From NCBI GenBank assembly GCA_030390025.1, contig CM059432.1, positions 65,288,001 through 65,352,000 of the forward strand: DNA of 64,000 nt, given 5' to 3'. The notes beneath the pieces are model-generated. The model did not search any database. It was not told the DNA's origin and worked only from the letters and a program-made list of their open reading frames with translations. Every line of letters begins with the position of its first letter. Position 1 is the first letter of the stretch. This DNA is from Squalus acanthias. Taxonomy: Eukaryota. Below, one piece after another: positions 40,587 to 53,435 of this stretch. Made by a program: the position numbers and the translations under genes.

Positions 40587-41027
40587 ACTGCGGATGCTGG
40601 AAATCTGAAATAAAAACAGAATGCTGAAAACACTAGGCAGGTCAGGCAGCATCTGTGGAGAGAGAAACAGATTTAATGTTTCAGGTCAGAACTGGAAAAA
40701 GTTAGAGATGTAACAGATGTAAAGAAAGAAAAGGTGAGTTTAGAAGAGGTGTAAATGGGGATGGCAGAATCCATTACCATCTCCTTTTGCCTTGCACCAT
40801 AATCCCTTTTGTCTTTTAATCTCTCCTGCCTTCCATCCTATCACAGACCTTCCCTTTTGTTCTTTCCTCCCCTCCTCCCTTTCCCTGCCCCTGCACTTGC
40901 CTAAAATCTGTTACTTCTCTCATTTTTTCCAGTTCTGACAAAAGGTCATCGACCTGAAACGTTAACTCTGTTTCTCTCTCCACAGATGCTGCCTGACCTG
41001 CTGAGTATTTCCAGCATTCTGTTTTTA
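40587..41027. mobile_element. Inverted pair of Penelope-derived tails with 15-bp TSD
   Basis: TTACAAAAACATTAT at 40572-40586 and 41028-41042 flanks a minus-oriented partial tail and a plus-oriented tail; hammerhead motif at 40931-40967 with CTGACAA core variant. Confidence 0.8.
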
Positions 41028-42545
41028 TTACAAAAACATTATTTGGTTCTGTCACTACGCACACTATTGTGACGACACAAACTTTTTCTCTGTGCTATTC
41101 TCTGCAAAATACTGTGAGCCTCTTCAGATGGAGGTGGCCCTTCTCTCAGATCTCCCAAGTCCTAGGATGGACATGGGATAGGCTGACTCTTTTCATGGGC
41201 TGCTTGGCAGCCTGGTCCTACAAACATGAAGACTTCTGTGGGAGCTCTTCTGTGCCGCTGCAGTGAGGGTAAGCAGTCTCTGTGACACGCACACCAGTTT
41301 ATCCACAGGTACTGGGAACAGAATTCTGGTTACTAGCGATCAGTGAGATAACAAATCTCACGGAATCAGAAAGATCTTTACATCCCCGAGAGAGATTCAG
41401 CTGAATATCTTTTAGTCGCTCTGAGATGCTTCCCTGTATACTTTGCAACTCAGTTGTCATTAACTTCTCCAATGTCCCCAAGACCGGCAGCTATTCATTC
41501 AGTGTCTCCACATTGAGCCATATCAAAGTTCTGCGTTTGATTAGCTACCTCCCATTTTGCATCCCTGCTGAAGTTGAATTTCACACCCAAATTTTCCAGG
41601 CTCTCTGGCATATCTGACCCCCGACAGACAGGACTCCCATCCTTGCCCCACAAGCATTACTTAGATTAGTTGAAGCCAAAATTTCTGATAGGATCAGATT
41701 CCTCCAATTTCAGTGGGCATAAGTCCCGCTCCGCTGCATTTACGTCGCAGCATCAGGGCCCCAGAAATTTCCAGGCCCATAAGTACTGGTCCAAACACAC
41801 TCCTGGTGGTTAGAGTGTGAGTTACAATCCCACCCAGTACACAATATAACAATGGTCATGCTAGTTAATCTTCACACTCTGTACCTTCTGGTCTTAGACG
41901 GTAATGCAGTATAACTGCAGCCCTAACTCAATACATCTGTTACTGCCCGCATGCCATGTTCATTACTGCTTTTAGTGAACATGAAGAATAGCAGTTTGTG
42001 CAATGGTACAGCTAAAAAGTTGGGACTCAGCTAATTTATTCATCTAAACCTGAAGGGCTACAGCATTCCAAAATAATGTTGAATGGAGTTTTGAGTCATA
42101 TACCAGCTGGCAATGATGAGTTAATGATGGTGAGAAAAGAGAAGTAGAGGCTATGGAACCATGCTGCAGATAGAGCTTTTATTATGTTTAAGAATACACA
42201 CGGCTGGCACTGGCCCAAGCAAAAATTGGAATAAATGTTTTTGAAGAAGAATTTTGGTGACTGAAGATTGAAAGTTAATGTCATAGTGTAGACAACAATC
42301 TTGCTTCTACCCAGCACAATAGAGGATACTTTCAGAATGGGGAAGAAAATATTTTGGAGATAAATTTCAGTAACTAAGCTTTGACAGGGCTTTTTTTTTA
42401 AGACTATAATTGTACCTCTGCTAAAAGACATCAAACAGTACTTTCAAGGTTGGGAATAAATTTACTAGAGTCTGAAAGCACTTTGAAAACTCAGTCATTT
42501 TAATGTTGGAAAGGTGCTGAGGGAATATACTGGCAGCTGACATTT

Positions 42546-43283
42546 GGGGCGCGAAATTCGGTTACGCCCCGTTTGGGGGCAGTAACCGAGTTAAGGCTGG
42601 ACATTTAGCGCTCGGCGCGGAAGAACTGCCCTGGCTGCTAAATTCAGCTTACCGCCCCACACAGGAACTGGAACGCAATGTCGGGCGCTCCATTTCCTGG
42701 TGGGGCGGTAACCGAGGCGAAGCCGGGGCACGATCGGCAGCGCTCCGCGGAGGCCTGTTGCGTTTCAACGCCCCTCCCCTTCAGTTAAAGGGGAGGGCCG
42801 CTGTGCACTCTGCAGGGCCTCCGATGATCCACACTAGGCCACCAGGGTGGCGTGGTGCCATGGCAGCAGCCGGGTGCCGAGACGCAGTGCCGGGCTGCAA
42901 GATGGCAGCCAGGACTACGCCACGGCCCACCACGGAGGGCCGACCTAGAGGTCGGCCAAAAAAAGAAAATGGCGGTGTGGGTCGCGGCCGCACCTCCCCT
43001 TTAAATACCACCCCGCGAATGAGGTCGGCCCGGTTCGCAACCTGCGAGGCTGACGCTGACATCGCCCGCAGCAGCCTCGCAGGGCGCAGCCGAATTTCTG
43101 CCATGGAGCAGTAAGGGGGCGTGCCGGGGCGCAGTGGCCTGGGGCATTACCGGTGGAGGCGCGGCGCTATCAGGTAGCGCCTCAGCAACGCTCCGCTGAA
43201 TTTCTCGGGAGGTGCTCTTTCCACCCCTTTGCGCCCCCCGGAGGCACTAACGGCTGGTGCAAAGGAGCCGAATTTCTAGCCCC
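42546..43283. mobile_element. CpG-rich MITE, PIF/Harbinger-type
   Basis: TIRs GGGGCGCGAAATTCGG / CCGAATTTCTAGCCCC; shares internal motifs with 19888-20539; TSD not clear. Confidence 0.8.
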
Positions 43284-44946
43284 GTATTTCTATATCTTTA
43301 TAAAGCAATGTTGCTGCTAATAAAGAACCACACTAGAAAGTACCGTAAAAGGAAAGGGTGTTGTGCTGAATTGCTGCACAATACTAATTATAGTTAGTAA
43401 CACAGCCTCTCAGTCCTCCATTTTTTAAACTGACTGGGAAAAGGCATTTTGTGCAAAATTCTATGTACAGTAATATCGTAAAATTGCTATCCAATGACAT
43501 CATTCTTGTGGACAATAGATTGTTGGTAGTTCTCTCAAGTTACATGGTCAGTTGAAAGGAATTTTATAATGTCACTGGAAAAATACATTTTTATTATTTG
43601 TTCACGGGTTATAGATGATGCTGGAAAGGCCAGCATATACATTGCCCATCCCTACTTGCCCTGAGAAGGTGGTGGTGGGCTTATCTGACCCTGGTGGATC
43701 TTGAATTACTGCAGTCTTTGTGGTGTTGGTTCTCCCACAATGATATTAGGTAGGGTGTTCGAGGAACTTGTTTAAAGACTGTTACATCTCTAACATCTTC
43801 CAGTTCTGATGAAAGGTCACAGACCTGCAACATTAACTTTGTTTAAGAACATAAGAACATAAGAATTAGGAACAGGAGTAGTCCATATGGTCCCTTGAGC
43901 CTGCTCCATCATGCAATATGATCATGGCTTATCTTCGACCTCAACACCACTTTCCCGCCCGAACTCCATGTCCCTTGATTCCCCTAGTGTCCAAAAATCG
44001 ATCTATCTCAGCCTTGAATATACTCAATGGTTCAGCAACCACAGCCCTTTGGGGTAGAGAATTCCAAAGAATCATAACCCTCTGAGTGAAGAAATTCCTC
44101 CTCAACTCAGTCTTAAATGGCCGACCCCTTATCCTGAGACTATACCCCCTAGATCTAGACTCTCCAGCCAGGGGAAACAACCTCTCAACATCTACCCTTT
44201 AAATTCCCCTCAGAATCTTATATGTTTCAAGAAAGGAGGGAGAGAGAAAACAGGGAACTACAGGTCAGTTAGCCTGACATCAGTTGTCGGGAAAATGCTG
44301 GAATCCATTATTAAGGAATTGGTAACAGGGCACTTAGACAATCATAATATGATTAGGCAGAGTCAACATAGTTTTATGAAAAGGAAATCATGTTTAACAA
44401 ATTTATTAGAGTTTTTTGAGGATGCAATTAGCAAGGGAGATAAAGTGGATGTAGTATATTTGGATTTCCAAAAGACATTCGATAAGGTTACTACACAAGA
44501 TATGGCTCATGGGGTTGGGGTAATATATTAGCATGGATAGAGGATTGATTAGCAGACAGAAAACAGAGAGTAGGGATAAAAGGGTCATTTTCAGGTTGAC
44601 AGACTGTAACTAGTGGGGTGCCGCAAGGATCAGCGCTTGGGTCTCAGCTATTTACAATTTATATTAATGACTTAGATGAAGGGACCGAGTGTAATGTCTC
44701 CAAGTTTGTTGACGATACAAAGCTAGGTGGGAAAGTAAGCTGTGAGGAGGACACAAAGAGCCTGCAAAGGGATATAGACAGGTTAAGTGAGTGGGCAAAA
44801 AGGTGGCAGATGAGTATAATGTGGGGAAATGTGAGATTATTCACTTTGGTAGGAAGAATAGAAAAACTGAATTTTTTTAAATGGTGGGAAACTATAAAAT
44901 ATTGGTGTTCGGAGAGATTTAGGTGTCCTTGTACAGGAAACACAAA

Positions 44947-46827
44947 GGCTGGAATTTTACGAGCGCTGAGAGAATGGGTTCGGAGGCGAGTCTGCTGTCA
45001 AAATAGAAAAGATTGACAACGGGTCGGGAATCCGCTGTCAAGCCGCCTCCACGTGAGTCTCCCAAGTGTTGGGTCTGTTAGCGCTGAACAGACCCGACAC
45101 CAAGCGGCAGGGCAGACAAGTTAGATCATTAAATGCATTGTTAAGAGGCAATTAAATCTTATTTTAAGCTTACCTTTAGATTTTTAGAGTTTGTCAACGG
45201 CTTCCCCGCTGCTCGGGGATCACGTCAGGTAAGGAGGTCGGGTGTTGTGTCAGCATGGGATGATTTACTTACTTGACAGCTGCAAATGGTCTATAAAAGC
45301 TTCCATTTCATAGGTGTTCACTTTCCAAGGTTAGAAGCTCTTGCTTACTGCATTTGGAAGACAGATTGAGCTTTATGCAGCTAGCAAGTGTTTGAAGCAA
45401 ACTCTCTATCCAGTGTCACCTCATTGGAACAACCTCTCTCACCCTTGACAGATCGCTTCTGTCATCTCATTCTCACCTCCCATCTATTCCATCAGCATCA
45501 GTGCCCTTGAAAAAATCCATCTTGGTCCACAGAATCCCAACATGATCAGCGCCAACACCAACATCACCGGGCACACCAGCAGCACCAACAACAACACCAA
45601 CCTTCTCCGCAATCACTTGATGCTGCACAGGACATCAACACCCGACCACATTGCTTCCGGGAGGCCAGGGATGGCCTCACCATGGCCAGATTTACTTCAC
45701 GTGACACTGCACACCCTGGCTGCCACATGGTGCGCCAGGTTAACACCACCCCACACTAAGACAATAAAGCATCCCTACAATGCCCAAGCCATTCCTTTCA
45801 CACACATCACCATAGCAAGGAGGGGAGGGGGGGCGGGGAGGTACCATTATGTCTCACTGTTCACTGCAACTCATTAAGCCACTTCCAATGGTGCACACAG
45901 ATCTGTCCAAGAACGCAAAGTGTTGAAAATAAAGATTTCAATGTTTGACAGCACATTACCAGAAACTTCACATGAACATTGGCTAAAACACACAAGTGCC
46001 TACCCTGTGTGTTGTTAGTTGGTATGCTTGCAGTAGGATGAGGGTAAGGGTGAGGGGTGGCTAGTGAGATGGGGAAGTGATAATGTAGATAGAGAAGGAT
46101 GGATGGAGGTGAAAGGTCAGTTGGTGTGAGTAAAGATGTGCAGGAGTAGGGTAGGGAAGACAGAGTGATGTGGATGTGATGAGTGGCACACCAGGATGAG
46201 GTTGAGTATGGCTTGGCAGTAACGTTTCGTGATCTACTGAGATTATTGAAAGGTTTGCGCCACTGCTGCCTGGTCCTCCTGATGACATTCCTGCTTGTGC
46301 CCTCCTGTGCAATGTGCAACCAGGCTGCGTAGGTCTCTTCCGCCCATTGGAAGTGAAGAGAACCTCCCTGCATGCATATGGAGGGAGTCATTGAGAGCCT
46401 GGGTGCAGTCATTCACCTTTGTGCTGTGATTGTCAGTGTTTGCAGCACCTCAAAACTGTAGAACACTGACAGCACAACTGTCAAAATCAATTTGGACATG
46501 GCCCCTTTAAGGAAACCGGCTGATGACGCGTCATCAAATGACGTCATCAGACCCGCTTCCTTTTAATTGGCCGGGAATCTCGCTGGGCGGGCTTAAAATC
46601 AATGTAAAATCACTTGGAGAGAGTGGGCTGGAGCAGGCAGCGGGCTGGGACTGCACTACCGACCCCCCCAGCCACCCCGGACCCCGGACCCCGGACCCCG
46701 GACCCCGGACCCCGGACCCCGGACCCCGGACCCCGGACCCCGGACCCCGGACCCCGGACCCCGGACCCCGGACCCCGGACCCCGGACCCCGGACCCCGGA
46801 CCCTCCTCGGTCGGTGAAATCGCAGCC
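44947..46827. mobile_element. Non-autonomous PIF/Harbinger element inserted in CR1
   Basis: Ends GGCTGGAATTTTAC / GTGAAATCGCAGCC; collinear with 27018-30114 but lacks Myb exons 2-3; CR1 resumes gagttagtatgcagg. Confidence 0.85.
46673..46803 (+). repeat. Perfect 7-bp tandem repeat (ACCCCGG)n
   Basis: About 18 exact units just inside the right TIR of the Harbinger element. Confidence 0.97.
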
Positions 46828-47008
46828 AGAGAGTTAGTATGCAGGTACAGCAAACAATTAGGAAGCAAATGCCATGTTGGCCTTTATTGCAAAGGGGTTG
46901 GAGTACAAGAGCAAGGGCATCTTGCTACAATTTTACTGGGCGTTGGTGAAACCGCACCTGGAGTATTGTGCAAGTTTTGGTCTCCTTATCTGAGGAAGGA
47001 TATACTAA

Positions 47009-50000
47009 CAAGAGCTTGAGCACAGAGCTGGGTGAATCGCAATCGGAGTGGATTGCAAGCAGAGTGGAAGAATTTGGTGATAGTTGGAATTTGGTGTAGA
47101 GGAGGTAGGTGGTTTCTCATGTCCAACTCAAAAGGAGGAGTGGAGCCACAGAACCCAAGGACTCTAAGTTAAGTATCTAGATATCTAATATTTATGTTAT
47201 TTGTATTTTGTATTTCAGTGGTTCTTGTTAAACTTGAGTAAATAATTTTGTCTTTTTTCTCTCTAAGTTAGGACAGTGGGTTAAACTAAGAAGTTTAGTT
47301 AGTAGTCTAATAAATACAGGTATGGCAGTGCACCTCAGTCCTGTCGAATGCATATTCTGTGCCATGTGGGGAGTCCAGGATGCTTCTCGTGTCCTGACCA
47401 ACCACATGTGCAGGAAGTGTCGTCAGCTGGAGGAGCTCGAGCAGCGGCTGGCATCCTGTGAGGCTGAGAGTTCTGTGGATAGCACGTTTCAGGAGGTGGT
47501 CACCCTGCAGCTTAAGAGTTTGCAGGCAGAGGGGGAATGGGTGACCGCCAGACAGACAAGGAGGACCAGGCAGGTAGTGTAGGAGTCCCCTGAGTGCATC
47601 TCAGCTCCCTAACCGGTGGTGAGGGCGATGGTTTTTCTGGGGAGTACAGCCAGAGCCAAGCCCACGGCACCATGGGTGGCTCAGCTGTATGGGGGGGGGG
47701 AGGGCGGGTGTGGAGGATGAAGGTCAGAAAAGCAATAGAGATAGGGGACTCAATAGTTAGGGGAATAGACAGGCATTTCTGCAGCCACAGATGTGACTCC
47801 AGGATGGTATGTTGCCTCCCTGGTGCCAGGGTCAAGAATGTCACTGAGCAGTTGCAAGACATTCTGAGGGGGGAGGGTGAACAGCCAGAGGCCGTGGTCC
47901 ATATTGGTACCAATAACATAGGTAGAAGAGGGATGAGGTCCTGCAGGCAGAATTTAGGGAGCTAGGAAAGAGATTAATAAGCCGGACCTCAAAGGTAGTA
48001 ATCTGCAGATTACTCCCAATGCTACGCACTTGTGAGTACAGAAATAAGAGGATAGAGCAGATGAATGTGTGGCTGGAGTGATGGTGCAGGAGGGAGGGCT
48101 TTAGATTGCTAAGGCATTGGGGCCAGTTCTGGGGGAGGTGGGACCTGTACAAGTCAAACGGGTTGCACCTCAGCAGGGCTGGGACTAATATCCTAGCGGG
48201 GAGGTTTGCTAGTGCTGTTGGGGAGGGTTTAAACTAGCTTGGCAGGGGGATGGGAACCTGAGGGTAGATTCAGAAGGGAGAGAAGCAAAGCTGGAAATGG
48301 AAGCAAGTAAATTAGTAAGTGAGCTTGTAAGGCAGAGGAAACAAAGGCTAGAAAATAGACAATAAAGGGGTTTGGAAGTGCTTAATGGTATATACTTCAA
48401 TGCAAGGAGTCTAGTGACTAAGGCAGATGAGCTGAGGGCACAGATAGACACATGAAAGTATGATATCATAGCTATTACTGAAACATGGCTAAAAGGGCAG
48501 GAATGGCAGCTCAACATTCCTGGTTACAGGGTTTTCAGATGAGATAGAGAGGGAGATAAAAAAGGAGGGGAGTTGCAATATTGGTTAAAGAAACAATTAC
48601 AGCTGTGAGGAGGGATGATATGTTAGAAGGATCATCAAATGAGGCCATATGGGTTGAACTGTAGAACAAAAAAGGGGCAATCACACTGCTGGGAGTGTAC
48701 TATAGACCCCCAAATAGTCAGAGGGAGATAGAAGAGCAAATATGTCGGCAAATTTCTGAGAAGTGCAAAAATAATAGGCAGTAATAGTAGGGGATTTCAA
48801 CTACCCTAATATTAACTGGGATAAAATCAGTGTAAAAGATATAGAGGGTGCAGAATTCTTAATGCTTTCAGGAGAACTTTTTTAGCCAGTATGTAGCAAG
48901 CCCAACAAGAGAGGGGGCGGTTCTGGACTTGGTTTGAGGGAATGAAGCTGGGCAGGTGGAAGGGGTATCAGTGGGAGACCATTTTGGCAGTAGTGATCAT
49001 AATTCATGGGGTACGGTAACATAATGGTTATGTTAATGGACTAGTACTCCAGAGACCTGGACGTGACATGAGTTCAAATCTCACCATGGCAGCTTGGGAA
49101 TTTAAATTCAGTTAATTAAAATAAATCTGGAATAAAAAAGCTAGTATCAGTAATGGTGACCATGAATCTACCGGATTATTGTAAAAACCCATCTGGTTCA
49201 TTAATGTCCTTTAGGGAAGGAAATCTGCCATCCTTACCCGGTCGGGCCTATATGTGACTCCAGACCCACAGCAATGATTCTTAACTGTCCTCTGAATGGC
49301 CTAGCACGCCACTCAGTTGTCCGCTACGAAAAATTGCAGCAGTTCAAGAAGGCGGCTCACCACCACCTTCTCAAGGCAATTAGGGATGGGCAATAAATGC
49401 TGACCTTGCCCACATCCCATGAATGAATTTTTTTAAAAATCAGTTAGATTTGGCGTAATTATGGAAAAGGACAAAGATAGGCCAGGAGTAAAAGTCCTCA
49501 ATTGGGGAAAGGCCAATTTTACTAAGCTGAGATGTGATTTAGCAAAAGTTGACTGGAAACAGCTACTTGAAGGTAAATCAGTGTCAAAGCAGTGGGAGGC
49601 ATTCAAGGAGGAGATAGTGAGGGTTCAGAGCAAGTATGTTCCCTTAAAGAAAAAAGGTAGGACTCCCAAATCTAGAGACCCCTGGATGTCAAGTGGCATA
49701 CAAGGTAGGATAATGAAAAAAAGGGAAGCTTATGTCAGATACCAAAAGCTAAATACTGCAGAAAGCCGAGATGAGTATAGAAAAAGCAGGAGTGAAATTA
49801 AAAAGAAAATTAGGAAAGTAAAGAGAAAGCATGAAAAAATATTGGCAAGTAAAAGCAAGGAAAACCCTAAGATGTTTTATAAATACATAAAGAGCAAGAG
49901 GATAACTAAAGAAAGAGTAGGGCCTATTAGAGACCAAAAAGGTAACCTGTGTGTGGAGGCGGAAGACATGGGTATGATTTTTAATGAATACTTTGCATCT

Positions 50001-51642
50001 GTCTTCACAAAATAGAGGGACGATGCAGACATTGTAGTTAAGGAGGAGGATGTGTGAAATATTAGATGGGATAAACATCGTGAGAGAGGAAGTATTAAGG
50101 GGTTTAGCATCTTTGAAAATAGATAGATCGCCAGGCCCGGCTGTTAAGAGAAGCAAGGGAGGAAATAGCGAAGGCTCTGACCATTATTTTCTAATCCTCT
50201 CTGGCTACAAGTGTGGTGCCAGAGGACTGCTAACGTTGTACCATTGTTTAAAAGGGAGAAAGGGATAGACTGAGTAGTTACAGGCCAGTCAGCCTAACCT
50301 CAGTGGTGGGAAAATTATTGGAAAAAATTCTGAGGAACAGTATTAATCATCATTTAGAAAGGTACAGATTAATCAAGGACAGTCAGCAAGGATTTGTTAA
50401 GGAAAGTCGTGTCTGACTAACTTGATTGAATATTTTGAAGAGGTAATGAGGAGGCTCGATGAGGGTAGCACGTTTGATGTAGTCTACATGGATTTTAGTA
50501 AGGCTTTTTACAAAATCCCACATGGCAGACTGGTCAGAAAAATAAATGCCTATGGGGTCCAGGTGAAAGTAGCAAGTTGGATCCAAAATTGGCTCAGTGG
50601 CAGGAAGCAAAGGGTAATGGTCGACGGGTGTTTTTGTGACTGGTAGGCTATTTCCAGTGGGGTTCCGCAGGGCTCAGTACTAGGTCCCTTGCTTTTTGTG
50701 GTATATATAAATGATTTAGACTTCAATGTAGGGGGCATGATTAAGAAGTTTGCAGATGATACAAAAATTGGCCTGTGGTCGATAGTGAGGAAGAAAGCTG
50801 TAGACTGCAAGAAGATATCAATGGACTGGTAAGGTGGGCAGAAAAGTGGCAAATGGAATTCAATCTGGAGAAGTTTGAGGTAATGCATTTGGGGAGGGCT
50901 AACAAGGCAAGGGAATACACGATAAATGGTAGGATACTGAGAAGTGTAGAGGAACAGAGGGACCTTGGAGTGCATGTCCACAGATCCCTGAAGTTAGCAG
51001 GACAGGTAGAAAAGGTGGTTAAGAAGGCATATGGGATACTTTCCTTTGTTAGCCGAGGCACAGAATATAAGAGCAGGGAGGTTATGCTTGAACTGTATAA
51101 AACACTAGTTAGGCCACTGCTAAAGTACTGCATACAGTTCTGGTCACCACATTACAGGAAAGATGTGATTGCACTGGAGAGGGTGCAAAGGAGATTTATG
51201 AGGATGTTGCCAAGACGGGAGAATTTTAGCTATGAGGAAAAATTGGATAGGCTGGGGTTGTTTTCTTTGGAACAGAGGAGGCTAAGGGGAGACCTGATTG
51301 AGGTGTATAAAATTATGAGGGGCCTAGATAGAGTGGATAGGAAGGACCTATTTCCCTTAGCAGTGAGGTCAATATACAGGGGCATAAATTTAAAGTAATT
51401 GAGGGGAGTTGAGGATAATTATTTTCACCCAGAGGGTGGTGGGGGTCTGGAACTCACTGCCTGAAAGGGTGGTAGAGGCAGAAACCCTCATCACTTGGAT
51501 ATGCACTTGAAGTGCTGTAACCTTCAAGGCTATGGACCAAGAGCTGGAAAGTGGGATGAGGCTGGATAGCTCTTTTTTGGCCAGCACAGACACAATGGGT
51601 CAAATGGCCTTTTTCTGTGCTGTAAATTTCTATGATTCTAAC
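47009..51642 (+). mobile_element. Near full-length CR1 LINE (ORF1 zinc-finger/zipper plus SGNH esterase; ORF2 APE-RT), disrupted
   Basis: ORF1 VECIFCAMW..CRKCRQL and IGDSIVR..CLPGARV..VHIGTNN; ORF2 YFNARSL, ITETWL, GDFN, YMDFSKAF, FADDT; short CTAAC repeat at both ends. Confidence 0.92.
49008..49438 (+). mobile_element. tRNA-derived SINE with LINE-derived tail, inserted in CR1 ORF2
   Basis: B box GAGTTCAAATC; tail homologous to the LINE end at 16200-16310; CR1 reads ..gatcataattca before and aatcagttagattt after. Confidence 0.75.
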
Positions 51643-51821
51643 CTTCGAGACGGTTCAATGAAGGTTCACTGGACTGATTCCTGGGATGAGAGGGTTGTCC
51701 TATGAGGAGAGATTGAGTAGATTGAGCCTATACTCTCTGGAGTTTAGAAGAATGAGAGGTTTCGCTCTCCACAGCTGCTGCCTTACCTGCTGAGTATTTC
51801 CAGGATTTTCTGTTTTTATAT

Positions 51822-52258
51822 CAGTCAAATGCTGCCTTGGCGTCAAGAGCAGCAGCTCTCACCTCTCCTCTGGCATTGACCTCTTGTGCTCTAGTCTGGA
51901 TCAGAACTACAATGAGGTCTGGAGTGGCTCTGTCAAAACCAGAACTGAGTATCCGTGAGCAGGCTATGGTGAGTAGGTGCTACTTGATGACAGTTTTGAT
52001 TACTCCCTTCATCACTTTGCTGATGGTTGGGAGGAGGATGGCTGGGCATTAATTGATCTGGTTACAGTTATCCTGTTTTTTGTGGATTGGACTTAGCTGG
52101 GCAGTTTTCCACATTATCAATTAGATGGCAGTATCATAAGCTCTACTGGATAGGGTGACAGCTAATTCTGGAGTGCAAGTCTTCAGTACAGCTGCGCTAT
52201 TCTCAGGGACCATAGCATTTGCTGTGTCCAGTGCTGTCAGTCACTTCACATGCTGCCT
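51822..52258 (-). mobile_element. Degraded LINE RT fragment (second family)
   Basis: Reverse-complement homology to 21290-21540. Confidence 0.65.
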
Positions 52259-52409
52259 TTAACCAACAGTTTAAAGCATAATAAACAGAGGAAAAATAGA
52301 TGATTGAGAGACAATGGCAAGTATACTGGTGCCTTCTTTCATAATATATAGAATTGTGTATGGATGTGATCTGTATTATCATTGGCATAGTTAATACAAA
52401 TTCCTCTTG

Positions 52410-53431
52410 TGTAGCAGTTGGCGCAGATGCCATGGATTTTTAGATTATGAACCCTTATTAAAAACTGGATATGCTGCTTGGGGTGGGGGGGGGGGGGGGG
52501 GGGGGCGGCGGGGGTGGTGGCGGGGAAGCAGTGAAAAACCACTCAAGCTGGAGATGACTCATTCATATGGAAACGAACTGTCCTTGGGAACAATGGCCCG
52601 AGAGGCCCACTCCCAAGTCTTGATTAAGTCTTGATGACTCATTGTTCTGGTCAAGATGAACTCGTTATTTTAATCGGCTGGAAGATCGAAATGAGTTCAA
52701 AGACCATTCAAACCTGAGAGGAAGCTTGAAGACCATTCCATTAAAACCACAGACAACGGTCTGTGTATTGGAGGGGTATATTAGAGAGCAGTTTGGATAG
52801 CTCTCTCTCTCTCTCTCTCTCTCTCCTGCCCTCCACACAACGGAACGTCAAGAGGAGCAGAGCCTTGCTCTTCCAACCAAGACCGACTTCGACTAAGGCT
52901 GGGACTCACATGCCGCAAGGTCGGTACGGAACCAGGTAACCGAGACATACAGGAGGAAGCCGCAAGCAAGATCAAAAGGGCAATCTAGGTGAGCATTGCC
53001 AAGCCTACACGCCCACAAGATCACTTAGCTGTGTGAGGGGGTGCCTGTATGTTCCTACCAAACCAGAGGGGGTTTAGTGTTGGAAGGGTCCTGTGATAGT
53101 TTAGTTCACGGGAGGGTGTTTTTAGGCCGTGGTATGTCAGCATGGCAGGGGCTTGTTGGACAAGTCAGGGTTGTACTGTTTTAAATTGTACTGTTGTGTT
53201 CACACTGTGTACTGTATGCGAGTGGAGTGGTTTTTGTCAACCTTAATAAACACTGTACGGGTGAGCCCGAAAACGCTGTCCGTGTTCCAATCTGTCCTCA
53301 GTAATCCCTATCATCCAGAACTTGTAGTAAGGGGGTTTGTGTGCTCGCTATGGGTGGGGCAAAACCACTTACAATCATTGGCGATTGCGGCAGGGGCCAT
53401 AGGAAATTGGCCACCGCAAAAAACGGTTACA
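52410..53431 (+). repeat. 5' LTR (1022 bp)
   Basis: TGTAGC...GTTACA termini; TATA-like TATATTAGA at ~52796; AATAAA at 53245-53250; homologous to 61115-61346 plus 63101-63856. Confidence 0.92.
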
Positions 53432-53435
53432 GATT

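Larger units (their letters stand above)
43846..51760. mobile_element. CR1 LINE with 5' inversion: 3' part minus (43846-44229), upstream part plus (44230-44946, 46828-47008, ~51640-51760)
   Basis: The plus part ends ..FRRMRG and the minus part begins ETYKILRG; both flanks are halves of one Penelope-tail element (~43770-43845 and ~51761-51820). Confidence 0.75.

Noticed and set aside
46523..46868. PDPGPRT / GPGSGVR repeat ORFs
   Set aside because: Artefact of the (ACCCCGG)n repeat.
47594..47965. Host SGNH/GDSL esterase gene
   Set aside because: It is the esterase domain of CR1 ORF1, directly upstream of ORF2.
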